A stretch of DNA of 64,000 nucleotides from Candidatus Binatia bacterium (GCA_963666315.2 CAXXHG010000001.1:14681-78680); one strand, 5' to 3'; positions 1-10,293 are shown, numbered from the stretch's first letter. A program made the numbers and translations. Notes: a model not told the origin generated them from the letters alone.

Positions 1-576
1 AACGCCTATCTGTCCCATCTTGTTATTCCCGCTATCGAGGATCGTACAGGAACCATCTTTACCTACGTTCCAATATTGTTGGGTGGTGTGTTTAAAGCGA
101 CCAATAATGTATCGCCTGCGGTATCGCTGACGGGGATCAAGAACAAGCCTGAATACTATACTCTGGAAACTCGACGTTTTCTGAAAAAGCATGCCATCAC
201 GCAGTACATATGGAATCCGCATTTCCCAGTGAACACGTTACAACTCATGCGTGGGGCTGTCTTTGCGCAAAGACAAGATTACTACGCACGATACGTTGAA
301 GCCGTGTATCAACATATGTGGGCGGAGCCGAAAAAGATGGATGACCCAGGTGTCGTCCGGGCGGCGCTCGTGTCGTCCGATTTGCCTGCTGATGAGATTA
401 TGGCCGGCATCCAGCAGCCAGAGATCAAACAACAACTGATTCAGAACACCGAAGACTCAGTCGCACGCGGTGTGTTTGGTTCACCCAGTTTTTTCGTTGG
501 CGGTGAGCTGTTTTTTGGCAAGGATAAACTAGTCGAGGTCGAAGAGGAAATTGAGGCGCAGACGGCAGGGGAATAG
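1..576 (+). CDS. 2-hydroxychromene-2-carboxylate isomerase / DsbA-family (GST kappa-like) protein, 5' truncated by the window edge
   Basis: Frame is open from base 1 (NAYLSH...PILLGGVFK); contains NPHFPVNT and the C-terminal GVFGSPSFFVGGELFFGKD motif. Confidence 0.85.
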   Translation, partial: NAYLSHLVIPAIEDRTGTIFTYVPILLGGVFKATNNVSPAVSLTGIKNKPEYYTLETRRFLKKHAITQYIWNPHFPVNTLQLMRGAVFAQRQDYYARYVEAVYQHMWAEPKKMDDPGVVRAALVSSDLPADEIMAGIQQPEIKQQLIQNTEDSVARGVFGSPSFFVGGELFFGKDKLVEVEEEIEAQTAGE

Positions 577-599
577 GCATGTAGCTCGATTTCCTATTG

Positions 600-860
600 C
601 TAGCTTGCCGCAAGACGCGTTTCAATCTCTTCTGGATAGGCTCCTGCATAGGCTCGGGCAATCTTCAGCATGTACGTGGTGAGGGAAGGGTAGGCTTTAA
701 GGAGGGTCTGCTCATCGTCAGCATATTCCTGCAGGAGGGCGACAATTTCCCATACATCGAGCGAGCCAGCGATACCTGCTCGCCGTCCAGTTGGTCCAGC
801 CCGAAAAATGAGACCAGGAAATCGGCGGATCCTCAGCCCCTCTTCAATGAGTTTTTTCAC
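600..860 (-). CDS. DUF433-type antitoxin-like protein, probably lacking its N-terminus
   Basis: FPGLIFRAGPTGRRAGIAGSLDVWEIV...AYAGAYPEEIE pattern typical of DUF433-related antitoxins; no toxin gene downstream. Confidence 0.6.
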   Translation of the reverse strand: MKKLIEEGLRIRRFPGLIFRAGPTGRRAGIAGSLDVWEIVALLQEYADDEQTLLKAYPSLTTYMLKIARAYAGAYPEEIETRLAAS

Positions 861-900
861 AAAGGCAGATCTGCTCGAGTGGTTGGGAAGGACACGATCC

Positions 901-1380
901 TCAAGCAGCCAACGGGGGTGTGTCTAAAAGACGTTGGATAGGCGCAAGCGACTTGTCTGACTTTGCTTCGATCTCGTAGATCGTAAACTCCAGCCAGGCA
1001 CGCTCGTGCTGCGTGATCTGCTGCGCGATCAACAGCCCATCAGGTGGCGCCAACTTTTCATGTTTTTCAAAATAACGGATGTATTTCTCAAGCGCAGGTT
1101 TCAGCTTCCTCATTGTCTCGGCCCAAGGCTGAGAGGCGATTTTTACAGCCCAGGCTTTGCCTTCACTCTTCTTGGCTGGATCCTCTTCCGCCGGCTCCCC
1201 GAGGGCTTCGAGTGCAGCTCGGATGCGCCCTTTGGTCTCGCGTTCTAGCTGTTCCAAAAACCGCCACTTTCGGCTGTGATCCGGGTCTTGAGCTGATTCT
1301 GCGAGGGCGGCTCCGAGAGCTTCCCCCAATACCTCGCCCTGAAAGCACTCGTGCAAATACTTCTGAAATGTGTCGCTCAT
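901..1380 (-). CDS. Hypothetical protein with ferritin-like helical bundle
   Basis: GGAG RBS and ATG; GEVLGE, LERET and ITQHE motifs. Confidence 0.55.
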   Translation of the reverse strand: MSDTFQKYLHECFQGEVLGEALGAALAESAQDPDHSRKWRFLEQLERETKGRIRAALEALGEPAEEDPAKKSEGKAWAVKIASQPWAETMRKLKPALEKYIRYFEKHEKLAPPDGLLIAQQITQHERAWLEFTIYEIEAKSDKSLAPIQRLLDTPPLAA

Positions 1381-1460
1381 CTGACTCCCTCCCTTTTTCT
1401 AGAATCATAGCGCTCGTGATTATTGTTTCTATATCATCCCCTGAAAAAACCTGTCACTTA

Positions 1461-2086
1461 CTATGCCTCAACAAACTCGATCCTAAGTGGTGTACATTTA
1501 TCCCCATTTGGACACTGGCCGTCAATCTCTATATCATACGGACAAGCTGAGACCGCAACTATGCAGTCCATCAGAGCCCTGAGTGCAACATATTCACCCG
1601 TTTGGGCTGCCGCAGGCCGATCATCAATAGTTCCGTCGGCCCGAACGCGGCTGTATTGGAATAGGTTAATCGAATCTGGCGCATCAAGATATCCAAGACC
1701 ATGCGGCTCAACAGCATCAATGAGGTTGTCGGGACAATTGCGATGGTTGGCGGCTCCAGCACCGACATATAAGGCGCTGCTGCACGGAGCAAACAGGGAA
1801 TCGTATAATCCGTTAGCGTGGCCCTCAACAATCTCAAACATGGGCAGCCGGAGATTTGAGTAGAAGTTGCTGCCGACCGTGAAATGCATGGACCCGCTGC
1901 TGGTCAGAGTATTAAAGTTAACGGTTTCGCCCGGAAAGAGTTTCTCTGGCAGGTGGTGGAGATGAAAGCACACGAAGTCACAGATTTGCTGGCCATCGAC
2001 GTCCACTACACGGATCGTTTCTCCACGCCGGACCACATGGGTTTCCCTTCGGTTGCCGGAATAACAATGTCTCGTTTGTCTGTCAT
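1461..2086 (-). CDS. DUF1989 / urea carboxylase-associated family protein; single-base frameshift near 2040
   Basis: GETIRVVDVDGQQICDF, NHRNCPDNL and DCIVAVSACP motifs; ATG at 2086 with GGGAGG RBS (MTDKRDIVIPATEGK) is out of frame with the 2036 ORF. Confidence 0.75.
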
Positions 2087-2325
2087 GGTTCGTTCTTCCT
2101 CCCTTTGTGTTTTGGCGACGTCGACTTCCAACCGAACCGGACTGGACCAGAAAAGGGTAAAAACCACGCTAGACCTTCGGCAAAATTCTCAAGATATTCA
2201 GGATAGCGAGGTGGGGCGTGTCGACCCTGGCTCAGAGGGTTGCTTAGGGTGTCGTGCAGTCGGCGAAGCAGTGCAACCGTATGTGAGCGTCTAGCCGCGG
2301 TCTTGAGGCAGAGAAGGAGAAGTCC

Positions 2326-3159
2326 ATGGAACAGTATGCTCATCCCGAAGTGCTCGTTGAGACTGAGTGGGTTGCCGAACATCTGGACGACCCGAAGGTG
2401 CGGCTCATTGATACACATATCGATCCAACGTCCTATGAGGCCGGTCACATTCCAGGCGCAGTCTTTTGGAATGGATTTGAGACGCTGCTCAAGCCGGACT
2501 GGCGCATAAATTTTGAAAAAGATTCGATAGAGGAGCTGTTTAGCCGTTCGGGCATTGCCAATGACACTACGGTTATCGCTTATAGCGACCATAATGCGCT
2601 TGCGCCGTGGGTGTTTTGGTTTCTCAAATCAATAGGCCACTCGGATGTTCGTGTTTTGAACGGTGGTCGTAAAAAATGGATTGCTGGCGGCCATGCGCTC
2701 TCGACAGATAAACCGACTGTCGCCACTGCGACGTATACTGCTCAAGACCCGAATCCAGACTTGCGTGCGCTCCAAGAGAAAGTCCTGGCTGCTGTTGGCC
2801 AAGACAACCAGGTCTTATTGGATGTGCGGACGCCTGAGGAATATCGGGGGGAGTTATTTGTGCTGAAACCAGCGCAAGGCACAGAGCGAGCCGGGCATAT
2901 ACCAGGAGCAACCCATCTGTATTACGAGGAGGCACTAAACGCAGACGACACGTTTAAGTCTACTGACGAATTGGCCACTCTCTTCGCGCATCAGGGCGTC
3001 ACTGCCGACAAAGAAACGATTACCTACTGCGCGGTTGGTATGCGCTCTGCCCATACCTGGTTCGTGTTGACGCAATTGTTGAGCTACCCACAGGTCCGTA
3101 GCTTCGACGCTTCGTGGAATGTCTGGGGCCGTCTGCCGGATACGCCTGTTGAGAAATAA
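2326..3159 (+). CDS. Tandem-rhodanese sulfurtransferase (SseA/CysA-like)
   Basis: YAHPEVLVETEW start, two GHIPGA motifs, active-site loop YCAVGMRS. Confidence 0.9.
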   Translation: MEQYAHPEVLVETEWVAEHLDDPKVRLIDTHIDPTSYEAGHIPGAVFWNGFETLLKPDWRINFEKDSIEELFSRSGIANDTTVIAYSDHNALAPWVFWFLKSIGHSDVRVLNGGRKKWIAGGHALSTDKPTVATATYTAQDPNPDLRALQEKVLAAVGQDNQVLLDVRTPEEYRGELFVLKPAQGTERAGHIPGATHLYYEEALNADDTFKSTDELATLFAHQGVTADKETITYCAVGMRSAHTWFVLTQLLSYPQVRSFDASWNVWGRLPDTPVEK

Positions 3160-3169
3160 GGAGAACAGC

Positions 3170-3928
3170 ATGCGACTCAAAGACAAGGTGGCGCTCATAA
3201 CGGGCGCGGACTCTGGAATAGGTGAGGCAACGGCAAAGACCTTTGCCCGCGAAGGGGCGACGATTGTAGTCGTCGATATCGATGAGGAAGGTGGAAACGG
3301 GGTTGTTGCCGACATTCGCACAGCGCAGGGCACGGCAGAGTTTTGTCGTGCCGACTGTGGTGAGCCGGCCGAAATCGAACGGATGATCGCGGTTGCGACT
3401 GACCGTTTCGGCCGTCTCGATGTCTTGCATAATAATGCGCTCTTCACGGTTGTCGATCGTATCGGGGATATCACGCTCGAAGGCTGGAAAAAAACGCTGG
3501 ATGTTAGCCTGACTGGTTACTGGTACGCGATCAAGATCGCGCTTGGACCTATGCTCAAGCAGGGCAAGGGTGCCATTATCAACACAGCCTCAGTCTCCGG
3601 ATTGGCGGGTGACTACACCTTAGGTGCGTACAATGCCGTCAAGGCTGGTGTGGTCAATATCTCGCGGGTGACCGGCATCGAGTATGCGCGCAAAGGTATA
3701 CGCTGCAACGCTATCTGTCCCGGCCCAATCTTAACCCCGCCGCTCAAGCAGCTCGGCGAGGCCAAGCCGGAAGTTTTCGCGCGCATCCGCGAAGCGATTC
3801 CCAATGTGGCACTGTTTCTGGCTTCTGACGAGGCCTCGTTTGTGACAGGTGCGTATTTTGTTGTCGACGGCGGTCTGTGGGCGCATTCGGGCATGCCGAG
3901 TCTGAGCGGGGAAGGAGCGGATTGGTAG
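3170..3928 (+). CDS. SDR-family oxidoreductase with an apparent short in-frame deletion near the C-terminus
   Basis: TGADSGIG, NNA, YNAVK; AIP is joined directly to NVALFLAS, without the usual GRxGxPEEIA segment. Confidence 0.85.
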   Translation: MRLKDKVALITGADSGIGEATAKTFAREGATIVVVDIDEEGGNGVVADIRTAQGTAEFCRADCGEPAEIERMIAVATDRFGRLDVLHNNALFTVVDRIGDITLEGWKKTLDVSLTGYWYAIKIALGPMLKQGKGAIINTASVSGLAGDYTLGAYNAVKAGVVNISRVTGIEYARKGIRCNAICPGPILTPPLKQLGEAKPEVFARIREAIPNVALFLASDEASFVTGAYFVVDGGLWAHSGMPSLSGEGADW

Positions 3929-3943
3929 GCCGAGCACGCCTGT

Positions 3944-4969
3944 TCAGTCGTGCTCGAATTTTCCGTAGTGGGTAAAGTTCTGCTCCAAATACCAGCGGAG
4001 ATATTCCTGGACCGTGATCGGCTCCTCACGTGGAGGATTATCCGGTCCATGACAGGTCGGCAGGCATTCGATGACAGTGTCCGGACTTGGTAGGACGAAG
4101 TACGGGATGGAATAGCGATCCCGGCCAGACAGGTTACGCACCCGGTGCGGTGTTGAGAGGACTTTGCCGTTTGACCAGCGAGTCAGCACATCGCCAGAAT
4201 TGACGAGGAAGGCTTCCGGCCAGGCTGGTGCGCGGATCCAGTCCTGCTCCTTTGGTTTGATCTCGAGTCCCGGTACGTCTGTCGTTGCCAAGAGCGTGAA
4301 GAACGTGCCGTCGGTATGCGGTGAGGAATTATACTGTTTCTCCTCTAAAGGGTCCGGCGGATAATGTGAAAGTCGTTGGAAGGCGATATTCTGGTATTTG
4401 AGGAAGAGCGGCTCGAAAAAATCTGAAGGCAGATCGAGTGCTGTGGCGAACAGCGGGAGGAGTGAGAGAGACAGCTCCTCCATTGTCTCGAAAAAATCGA
4501 CCAAGGTTTCCCGAAAGCCCGGCAGCCCCTGCGGCCACTGATTCGGAAATGGCAGCTTGAACGGTGCCCGGTCGCGTTGCATGAAGAACGCTTCAACCCG
4601 GTCGGGTTTGGTATGGCCCTCATAATACTCCGAAGTGCGCCCCAGCTGTTGCCGATCCCCCATATAGCCAACGAAGACGTCGTTGAGTTTAAGCTTATTC
4701 TTCTGCGCCAAAGGCAAGGCATGGAACCGCTCGCCTTCCTGACATACGCCGTCAAGGACTGAGCGCAGAACGCCGTGACCAATAAGGTAGAAAAACCCAA
4801 CCTCGGTCAACGCTTGGTACAGCATGGGTGCCAGTTTCTCGCAGGCGCCAGGAACACCGGCGAGATAGTCTTCCACATTAAGAACAGGGATAACGGTACC
4901 ACTTTGTGCATCGTCGATGAGCCCAGTCTGTAATGTTGCTGTGCTTGTCTCTTCGGCTACCGTCGTCAT
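3944..4969 (-). CDS. Isopenicillin N synthase-like 2-oxoglutarate/Fe(II) oxygenase
   Basis: GFFYLIGHGV, HTD...H iron triad, RYS cosubstrate motif. Confidence 0.9.
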   Translation of the reverse strand: MTTVAEETSTATLQTGLIDDAQSGTVIPVLNVEDYLAGVPGACEKLAPMLYQALTEVGFFYLIGHGVLRSVLDGVCQEGERFHALPLAQKNKLKLNDVFVGYMGDRQQLGRTSEYYEGHTKPDRVEAFFMQRDRAPFKLPFPNQWPQGLPGFRETLVDFFETMEELSLSLLPLFATALDLPSDFFEPLFLKYQNIAFQRLSHYPPDPLEEKQYNSSPHTDGTFFTLLATTDVPGLEIKPKEQDWIRAPAWPEAFLVNSGDVLTRWSNGKVLSTPHRVRNLSGRDRYSIPYFVLPSPDTVIECLPTCHGPDNPPREEPITVQEYLRWYLEQNFTHYGKFEHD

Positions 4970-4983
4970 AGCCTCACCCTCCC

Positions 4984-6681
4984 TCAGAACTGATACGTCA
5001 CGCGCAGGACGGTTTCGTCGCGGCGACGATACAGCCCACCTAAACCCCAGCTCTCATCCACCCGGCCGCCGTAGCCGGGCACGAAGAAATAGTTTTGGGC
5101 CAGCCGGACTATAAGGCGCGGAGTGACATAATAATCCGCCACCCAGCCGACCTGCGAGCTGTAGTGGTTGATCGGATCGATTACAAAAAAGACGAGCGGT
5201 AAGAGTTTACCTCGCATATAGATGGTGCTTGCGGCAATAGTCCCAACTGCTTCCCAGTTACGAACCTTGTCAGTGGCAGACAGCTGTCCCTGAAAACGCG
5301 ACGTGCTAGTCGGAATATACTGCCAAAAGATTTGCGTGGTCAGAAAAAACGTTGAGCGACGGTTGAGTGTCCTGATCCAGGTTGGCCGATCAAAGCCGAC
5401 AAACGCCTGCCAGGCGTCACTCTTCTTGATGCCCAAGTAGCCACTTGGAGCTGGGGAATTGCTCTCGTCCAGAATCAGGATGGGTTTGCGCTTATCCGCG
5501 AATGGCTTGCCAAACTCATAGATAGTCTCCATCCGCCATACGCCTTCGGTGTACTCGTCGTCCGCGTAACTCGCGGAGACGCCGACTGCGTGGGTATAGG
5601 GGTAATAGGCCTCAGCAGGCAGGATGCCGCGATTAATAAGGTCGCTATTACTGCGGGCCACATCGGTCAGCGACTCGCAACCCAGCGTTCCAAGATCGCA
5701 CTGGTTGAGTCCGCGTAGGCCGGAGGTATTCACGCCGTCATCGTGAGCCGTGCGTTGATACAGATAATTCAGGGTGAAGGTAATGCCGTGTGAGGTGGTT
5801 GCGCCAACGCGAAAGCCGACCTGGCTGTTCTCATCTATTGTTTTGCTATAGTTGCCCCGGCGGCCTAAGGCGGTTCGATTGAGCAGCTTAAAATTGCCTC
5901 CGCTTGGACTCCCGACAAACGGGTTCGAGCCGGGCGAACTCCAGGTCCGGCCTGGTGAGAAACCAAATTTGAGCGGTACCCATAACCCTGGCACCCAATA
6001 GGTTTCAGCATAGACATCGCTCAAATTCCCAATGCGGCCAAAACTATACGTGCCGCGTATCATCCAGTAGGGAATGCGTAGATCATCCCAGGTTTCCTGG
6101 CCAACTCCACCGCCGTGCCAGGTGGTGTCAAGCGCGTTTGTGCGGTCGAGCATCCGTAGGTTGTCCGACTCTCCCCACACCACCATTTGGCGTCCGATCC
6201 GCAAGGACAACGGGATATTGGCGAACTCGATGTCGGTAAACACTTCGCGAAACGTGCTCTCGAATCGCAGCGCGTGCGCGGCATCTTGTGACAGATCTGA
6301 TAATTTGCCGTCCCGGCCCGCGCGGCCTCCGTAGGGAAAGACCTCTTGGCGCGGCCCGGGCTCGAAATCGTACACGCTGTCGTACACCCCTCGGTACAAG
6401 CCCACAAAATGGGCGTAATCTATGCCCGGTAGGGAGAGGCGACTGAAAGCCTGGCCGTTTTTGATCCAGTCGTACTCCAAACGTATTCGCACGACGTTGC
6501 GCTGCTGGATGATGGACCATTTGTCCGGTTCGGGATGGCGAAAGATCTGCTGCGTTTGAAGATTGCCGGAAAGGGACAGATCTCCGTAGGTGAAGTCCGC
6601 ACGAGCCGAAGAGAAGGGCAGGGTAAGAAGCAGCACCCAGAGAGTCGCGCAAGAGAGGGTGCGCTGTAAGCGGAATCGCAT
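4984..6681 (-). CDS. DUF1302-like outer-membrane beta-barrel protein
   Basis: Signal peptide, LRIGRQMVVWGESD motif, C-terminal YQF barrel signature; overlaps the DUF1329 stop. Confidence 0.75.
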   Translation of the reverse strand: MRFRLQRTLSCATLWVLLLTLPFSSARADFTYGDLSLSGNLQTQQIFRHPEPDKWSIIQQRNVVRIRLEYDWIKNGQAFSRLSLPGIDYAHFVGLYRGVYDSVYDFEPGPRQEVFPYGGRAGRDGKLSDLSQDAAHALRFESTFREVFTDIEFANIPLSLRIGRQMVVWGESDNLRMLDRTNALDTTWHGGGVGQETWDDLRIPYWMIRGTYSFGRIGNLSDVYAETYWVPGLWVPLKFGFSPGRTWSSPGSNPFVGSPSGGNFKLLNRTALGRRGNYSKTIDENSQVGFRVGATTSHGITFTLNYLYQRTAHDDGVNTSGLRGLNQCDLGTLGCESLTDVARSNSDLINRGILPAEAYYPYTHAVGVSASYADDEYTEGVWRMETIYEFGKPFADKRKPILILDESNSPAPSGYLGIKKSDAWQAFVGFDRPTWIRTLNRRSTFFLTTQIFWQYIPTSTSRFQGQLSATDKVRNWEAVGTIAASTIYMRGKLLPLVFFVIDPINHYSSQVGWVADYYVTPRLIVRLAQNYFFVPGYGGRVDESWGLGGLYRRRDETVLRVTYQF

Positions 6682-7940
6682 TAGCGTCCTCTTGCCACAA
6701 TTCTATTCAGAGTGAAAAATTCGACGGGTATTGGCTCATTGTAGATGATCTTGGTCATTTCGGTCACCGACCCAAAAGCGTTTTGATGGTCGATCATGGT
6801 CTCACCCGTCCACACTGGTACGCGGACGTGCTCGTTGCCTGGATTGAATTTTGGGTTCCCGTACATCTCAAACATCGTCTTGGTATGCGCACCCTCGCGG
6901 TCATAAAAGAGGGTATACACGGGCACAAACATCTGCCGGTCAATATACAAGACGCGCTTGCTATACGGATGATTGTCGGCCTTCGGCGCTCCTTCAAGCA
7001 CAAATACATCGCGCAGTTCCCAAGGATCTACCGGATACCAACCCCCACGTCCGCCAAAGGTCGTTTTAGCCGCCCGGATACCGACTGGTGCGAGTAACCG
7101 GCGTGACCCTACCAATTTCCAGGTATAGTTGCGAATATAACCGGAGAAGCCAAAATAATCATCGTTCAGGATGCCCGAGTCGAACGCGGCATCCTCATGT
7201 TTCATAATAATTTTACGAACTTTGCGACCAGCCGGGGAGTAGAGCCAGTCTTCGTCCTTGGCCTGGTCGCGTACATGGCGGTGCTTCAAACTGATCGTAT
7301 TTTTCAGATCAAACGGCGCCGTGATATGGAAATACTCTTTGTACAGCAGGCCCTCTTCTTTCCAGATGTTGGGATCGCTGCCACCCGCGCCATCCGTCTG
7401 GGGACGATGCATTCCGTAGGCCACGACATAATAGTTTTCAATCACTCGATCCGCAGTGCCGGATTCATCTATGAGGCGAAAGATGTTCCAGACCTGCATG
7501 ATCGTGCCAAAATCGCGGTAACGCAGATTCCATGCCGCCTTCAGGCCGGCCTGGGGGTCGTCCGGATCGAGCACCGGAAAGGGCAGGCCGGCAACATAAC
7601 CGTCGAGTTCACCGTCAGCACCAAATGTTACCTGCTCGGCGTGCTGCAGAGTCGCCTTAATATAGGCCTCGCTGACAGGCAAGTCAGTTGTTTCTTGCAC
7701 CTCAAATGCCAGTTCGCCGGCTTTGATTTTGTCGAGGATTTCGGTCGGCAGGTAGTCTTGGGCTGCTTGCCACGAATCTTGCCCAATCTTTGTACCCGGA
7801 GCCAAGCCATCCACTGACGGCTTGCCGTTCGCATATGGATGGAACATCGCCTGCAGACTGGTGTCAGGCATTTCCGCCCAGGCTAGGTGCCAGGACATCC
7901 AGAACAGACCGACCACGACGCTCAGTAGTTGTCTCTGCAT
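6681..7940 (-). CDS. DUF1329 periplasmic (LolA-like) protein
   Basis: Signal peptide, GLPFP...DPQAGLKAAWN, WLYSPAGRKVRKI, HPYSKRVLYID. Confidence 0.85.
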   Translation of the reverse strand: MQRQLLSVVVGLFWMSWHLAWAEMPDTSLQAMFHPYANGKPSVDGLAPGTKIGQDSWQAAQDYLPTEILDKIKAGELAFEVQETTDLPVSEAYIKATLQHAEQVTFGADGELDGYVAGLPFPVLDPDDPQAGLKAAWNLRYRDFGTIMQVWNIFRLIDESGTADRVIENYYVVAYGMHRPQTDGAGGSDPNIWKEEGLLYKEYFHITAPFDLKNTISLKHRHVRDQAKDEDWLYSPAGRKVRKIIMKHEDAAFDSGILNDDYFGFSGYIRNYTWKLVGSRRLLAPVGIRAAKTTFGGRGGWYPVDPWELRDVFVLEGAPKADNHPYSKRVLYIDRQMFVPVYTLFYDREGAHTKTMFEMYGNPKFNPGNEHVRVPVWTGETMIDHQNAFGSVTEMTKIIYNEPIPVEFFTLNRIVARGR

Positions 7941-8267
7941 ATGCCCTCCCTAGTGACAAATGTGGCTGCCTTATACCAGCTCACTCAGTCTACAGCAATG
8001 ATTCAGCAATGGTTCCGAAATGATTCTGCCGTAAAAATTGACCAATTCGAAGACGTAAGGCAGGGCGACTATTCGGGCGGATTGTATTTGGTAGGATAAC
8101 AGGCTACATGGGTATTGAACTGCGTGTGGAATGGTGGGATGGTGGGCAGCCTGTATTTGCTGGACAAGAATCGAACACGACGCCTACGCCCTAGCTATCG
8201 TGCGTAGAATGACAAGGACGTCTTGCTCCAGTTGCTCCGGTACGGGTGACAGCGAGGGGGAAACACT

Positions 8268-10271
8268 ATGCGTTCAAAAAAAGGACTGTTGATTGCGCCG
8301 GAATTTCCTGCGGACTCCTTCTGGAGTTTTAAATATGTAATGAAGTATATTCGCCGCAAAGCGCCGTTTCCTCCAGTGGGGCTTTTAACTTTTGCCGCTT
8401 TGATGCCGCAGGACGAGTGGGAGTTTGAACTCGTTGACCTGAACGTCCAAAAGCCTTCACAACAGACCATGCGCAAGAAAATTCAGGAGAGTGACGCCGT
8501 CTTTACTGGTGCGATGAATGTGCAGCGAGACTCATTAGTAGACCTACTCAAGGGCCCGGCTCAAGGGACAGACACCCCGTGGGTCCTTGGTGGACCTTTG
8601 GCCTCGACGTATCGTAGCTCTATTCTGGACCCTCAGAACGACCTGGATGCCGTTCTGTATCGGGGCCTCGACTATTTGGCATGGGGTGAGGCGGGTCCCT
8701 GGATTGCCGATCTCAATCGTCGCCTTGAAGAATCGCCCAAACATAACGACGCTGCTCCTTTCCTGTTCATCGCCGAACGGGTACTCAACGAGCCTGATGC
8801 CTCACGCAAATATCTTCTAGATCGCACAATTTTCGAACCCTTTGACGGTCTGCCCAATCCACGTTGGGATCTCATTGATGTGAGCGCCTACCGAGCCTTG
8901 ATGTTGCAAACCACTGCAGGGTGCCGTTTTCGGTGCAACTTTTGCGACATCATCCAGTTTAACGGCGGATATCCCCGCGCAAAAGGCGAGGCGGATGTCA
9001 CCAAAGAACTGCAGGGGATTTACGATACCGGATTTCGTGGTGGGGTGTTCACGGTTGACGATAATTTTGTGTCCGAGCCCAAGGCCATGGAAGAGATCCT
9101 GGGCGCTATGACTGAGTTCCAGCGTCAACACGACTATCCCTTTGAATTCTTTACCCAAGCGAGTATCGACCTGGGCAAGGAATCCCTCGCCTATCTCATT
9201 CCGCTCATGCAGCAGGCGGGTTTCACTACGGTCTTCCTGGGTGTTGAGAGTCCCGACCCGGCTGCCTTGCGGCTGATGAATAAGCTTCAAAACATCAAAA
9301 CTTCTCCTCAAGACACGATACGCCGGCTCCAAGAACACGGGATCGAAGTACAAGCCGGATTCATCTACGGCTCGGATACCGATACGCGCCAGACCGCTGA
9401 CGGCATTGTTGATTTTGCAGAAGAAAACGCCGTCTTCTCCGCGATGACGGGCACCTTGACCCCGCTGCCGCATACGCCGCTGTATGTGGAATTGAAAGAG
9501 CAGGGGCGACTGCTGGATGCTGATCTGGCGTGTAACAATGTGGACGATACCGTACAGTTCAAACCAGTCATGGGGCTGGAGAACTTTCAGAGTGGTTTTC
9601 TGCATATCTTGGAATCCTTGTTCAGCACGCGGGCCATGTATGGACGTGCGGAACATCTGCTGAGTCGTCTTGATATGCACATTTTTTCCCATAGTAACGT
9701 CACTATGAACTCCGCCTTCGCCGTTCTTCGCTCGTTCACGCAGCAGGCCCTGGCTGGATTCCGGGCTGAGGACAAACGCGGTTATTTGCAGTTGCTCAAA
9801 CGGGCCGCCCAGCTGGATAAGGAATTTCTCCGCGACATTCGTACTGAAGCGCAAAGCCTAGGCTCCTATTGGGCCAAGGTGAGTGCCGCCGCCAAGCAGT
9901 CTATTGAGCTTGACGGACAGGATGTGCTGCGCTTCGGCCAAATGTTGCCCTATGCGCAGGACGCTCTGGTGCGCTGGCGACCAGACATGGGCCTGGCCGA
10001 AATCCAGGATTTCGTTCGCACCGTGCGAGATGCGATTGCCAAAGGGGTCCTGCAACGGACGCAGGCCCAATCGGTCTATGACGCGGCACGCGAGTATCTG
10101 AACGCGAAACGCGCCCAACTGCAGTTCCCCGGCGCCCACTTGATCAAGGCGTTTGAATTGTCCATCGTTGGCATACATTACGGGATCGTCGTGGATCATG
10201 TTCTGGCTCAGATGCGTGCGGGCAGCGATCTGACTCTTTCTACGGAACCGATGAGTACTCGGCCTGCGTGA
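8268..10271 (+). CDS. Cobalamin-binding radical SAM protein (HpnP-related / DUF4070-type) with long C-terminal extension
   Basis: FWSF...PPVGLLTFAALMP, VLGGP B12 domain, CRFRCNFC cluster motif, VDDNF, FLGVESPD. Confidence 0.88.
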   Translation: MRSKKGLLIAPEFPADSFWSFKYVMKYIRRKAPFPPVGLLTFAALMPQDEWEFELVDLNVQKPSQQTMRKKIQESDAVFTGAMNVQRDSLVDLLKGPAQGTDTPWVLGGPLASTYRSSILDPQNDLDAVLYRGLDYLAWGEAGPWIADLNRRLEESPKHNDAAPFLFIAERVLNEPDASRKYLLDRTIFEPFDGLPNPRWDLIDVSAYRALMLQTTAGCRFRCNFCDIIQFNGGYPRAKGEADVTKELQGIYDTGFRGGVFTVDDNFVSEPKAMEEILGAMTEFQRQHDYPFEFFTQASIDLGKESLAYLIPLMQQAGFTTVFLGVESPDPAALRLMNKLQNIKTSPQDTIRRLQEHGIEVQAGFIYGSDTDTRQTADGIVDFAEENAVFSAMTGTLTPLPHTPLYVELKEQGRLLDADLACNNVDDTVQFKPVMGLENFQSGFLHILESLFSTRAMYGRAEHLLSRLDMHIFSHSNVTMNSAFAVLRSFTQQALAGFRAEDKRGYLQLLKRAAQLDKEFLRDIRTEAQSLGSYWAKVSAAAKQSIELDGQDVLRFGQMLPYAQDALVRWRPDMGLAEIQDFVRTVRDAIAKGVLQRTQAQSVYDAAREYLNAKRAQLQFPGAHLIKAFELSIVGIHYGIVVDHVLAQMRAGSDLTLSTEPMSTRPA

Positions 10272-10293
10272 CGGGACGTGGCGCTCTGTTACC

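Noticed and set aside
2087-2200. Guanidine riboswitch upstream of the DUF1989 gene
   Set aside because: CTAG and CTGGTCC fragments are present on the minus strand, but the conserved ykkC 3' motif and the ACGR-loop twin hairpins are not
7941-8267. Cobalamin riboswitch before the B12 radical SAM gene
   Set aside because: No recognisable B12 box or GGGAA/GCCACTG core
8817-9854. 345-aa antisense ORF and similar long shadow ORFs (e.g. 52224-52961, 28056-28772)
   Set aside because: They lie opposite well-supported genes, have no motifs, and are expected in GC-rich coding DNA
8268-10271. Assigning the symbol hpnP, or a RiPP cluster, to the radical SAM gene
   Set aside because: The N-terminal FWSF signature fits the uncharacterised sister group, and there are no hopanoid genes or precursor peptide nearby
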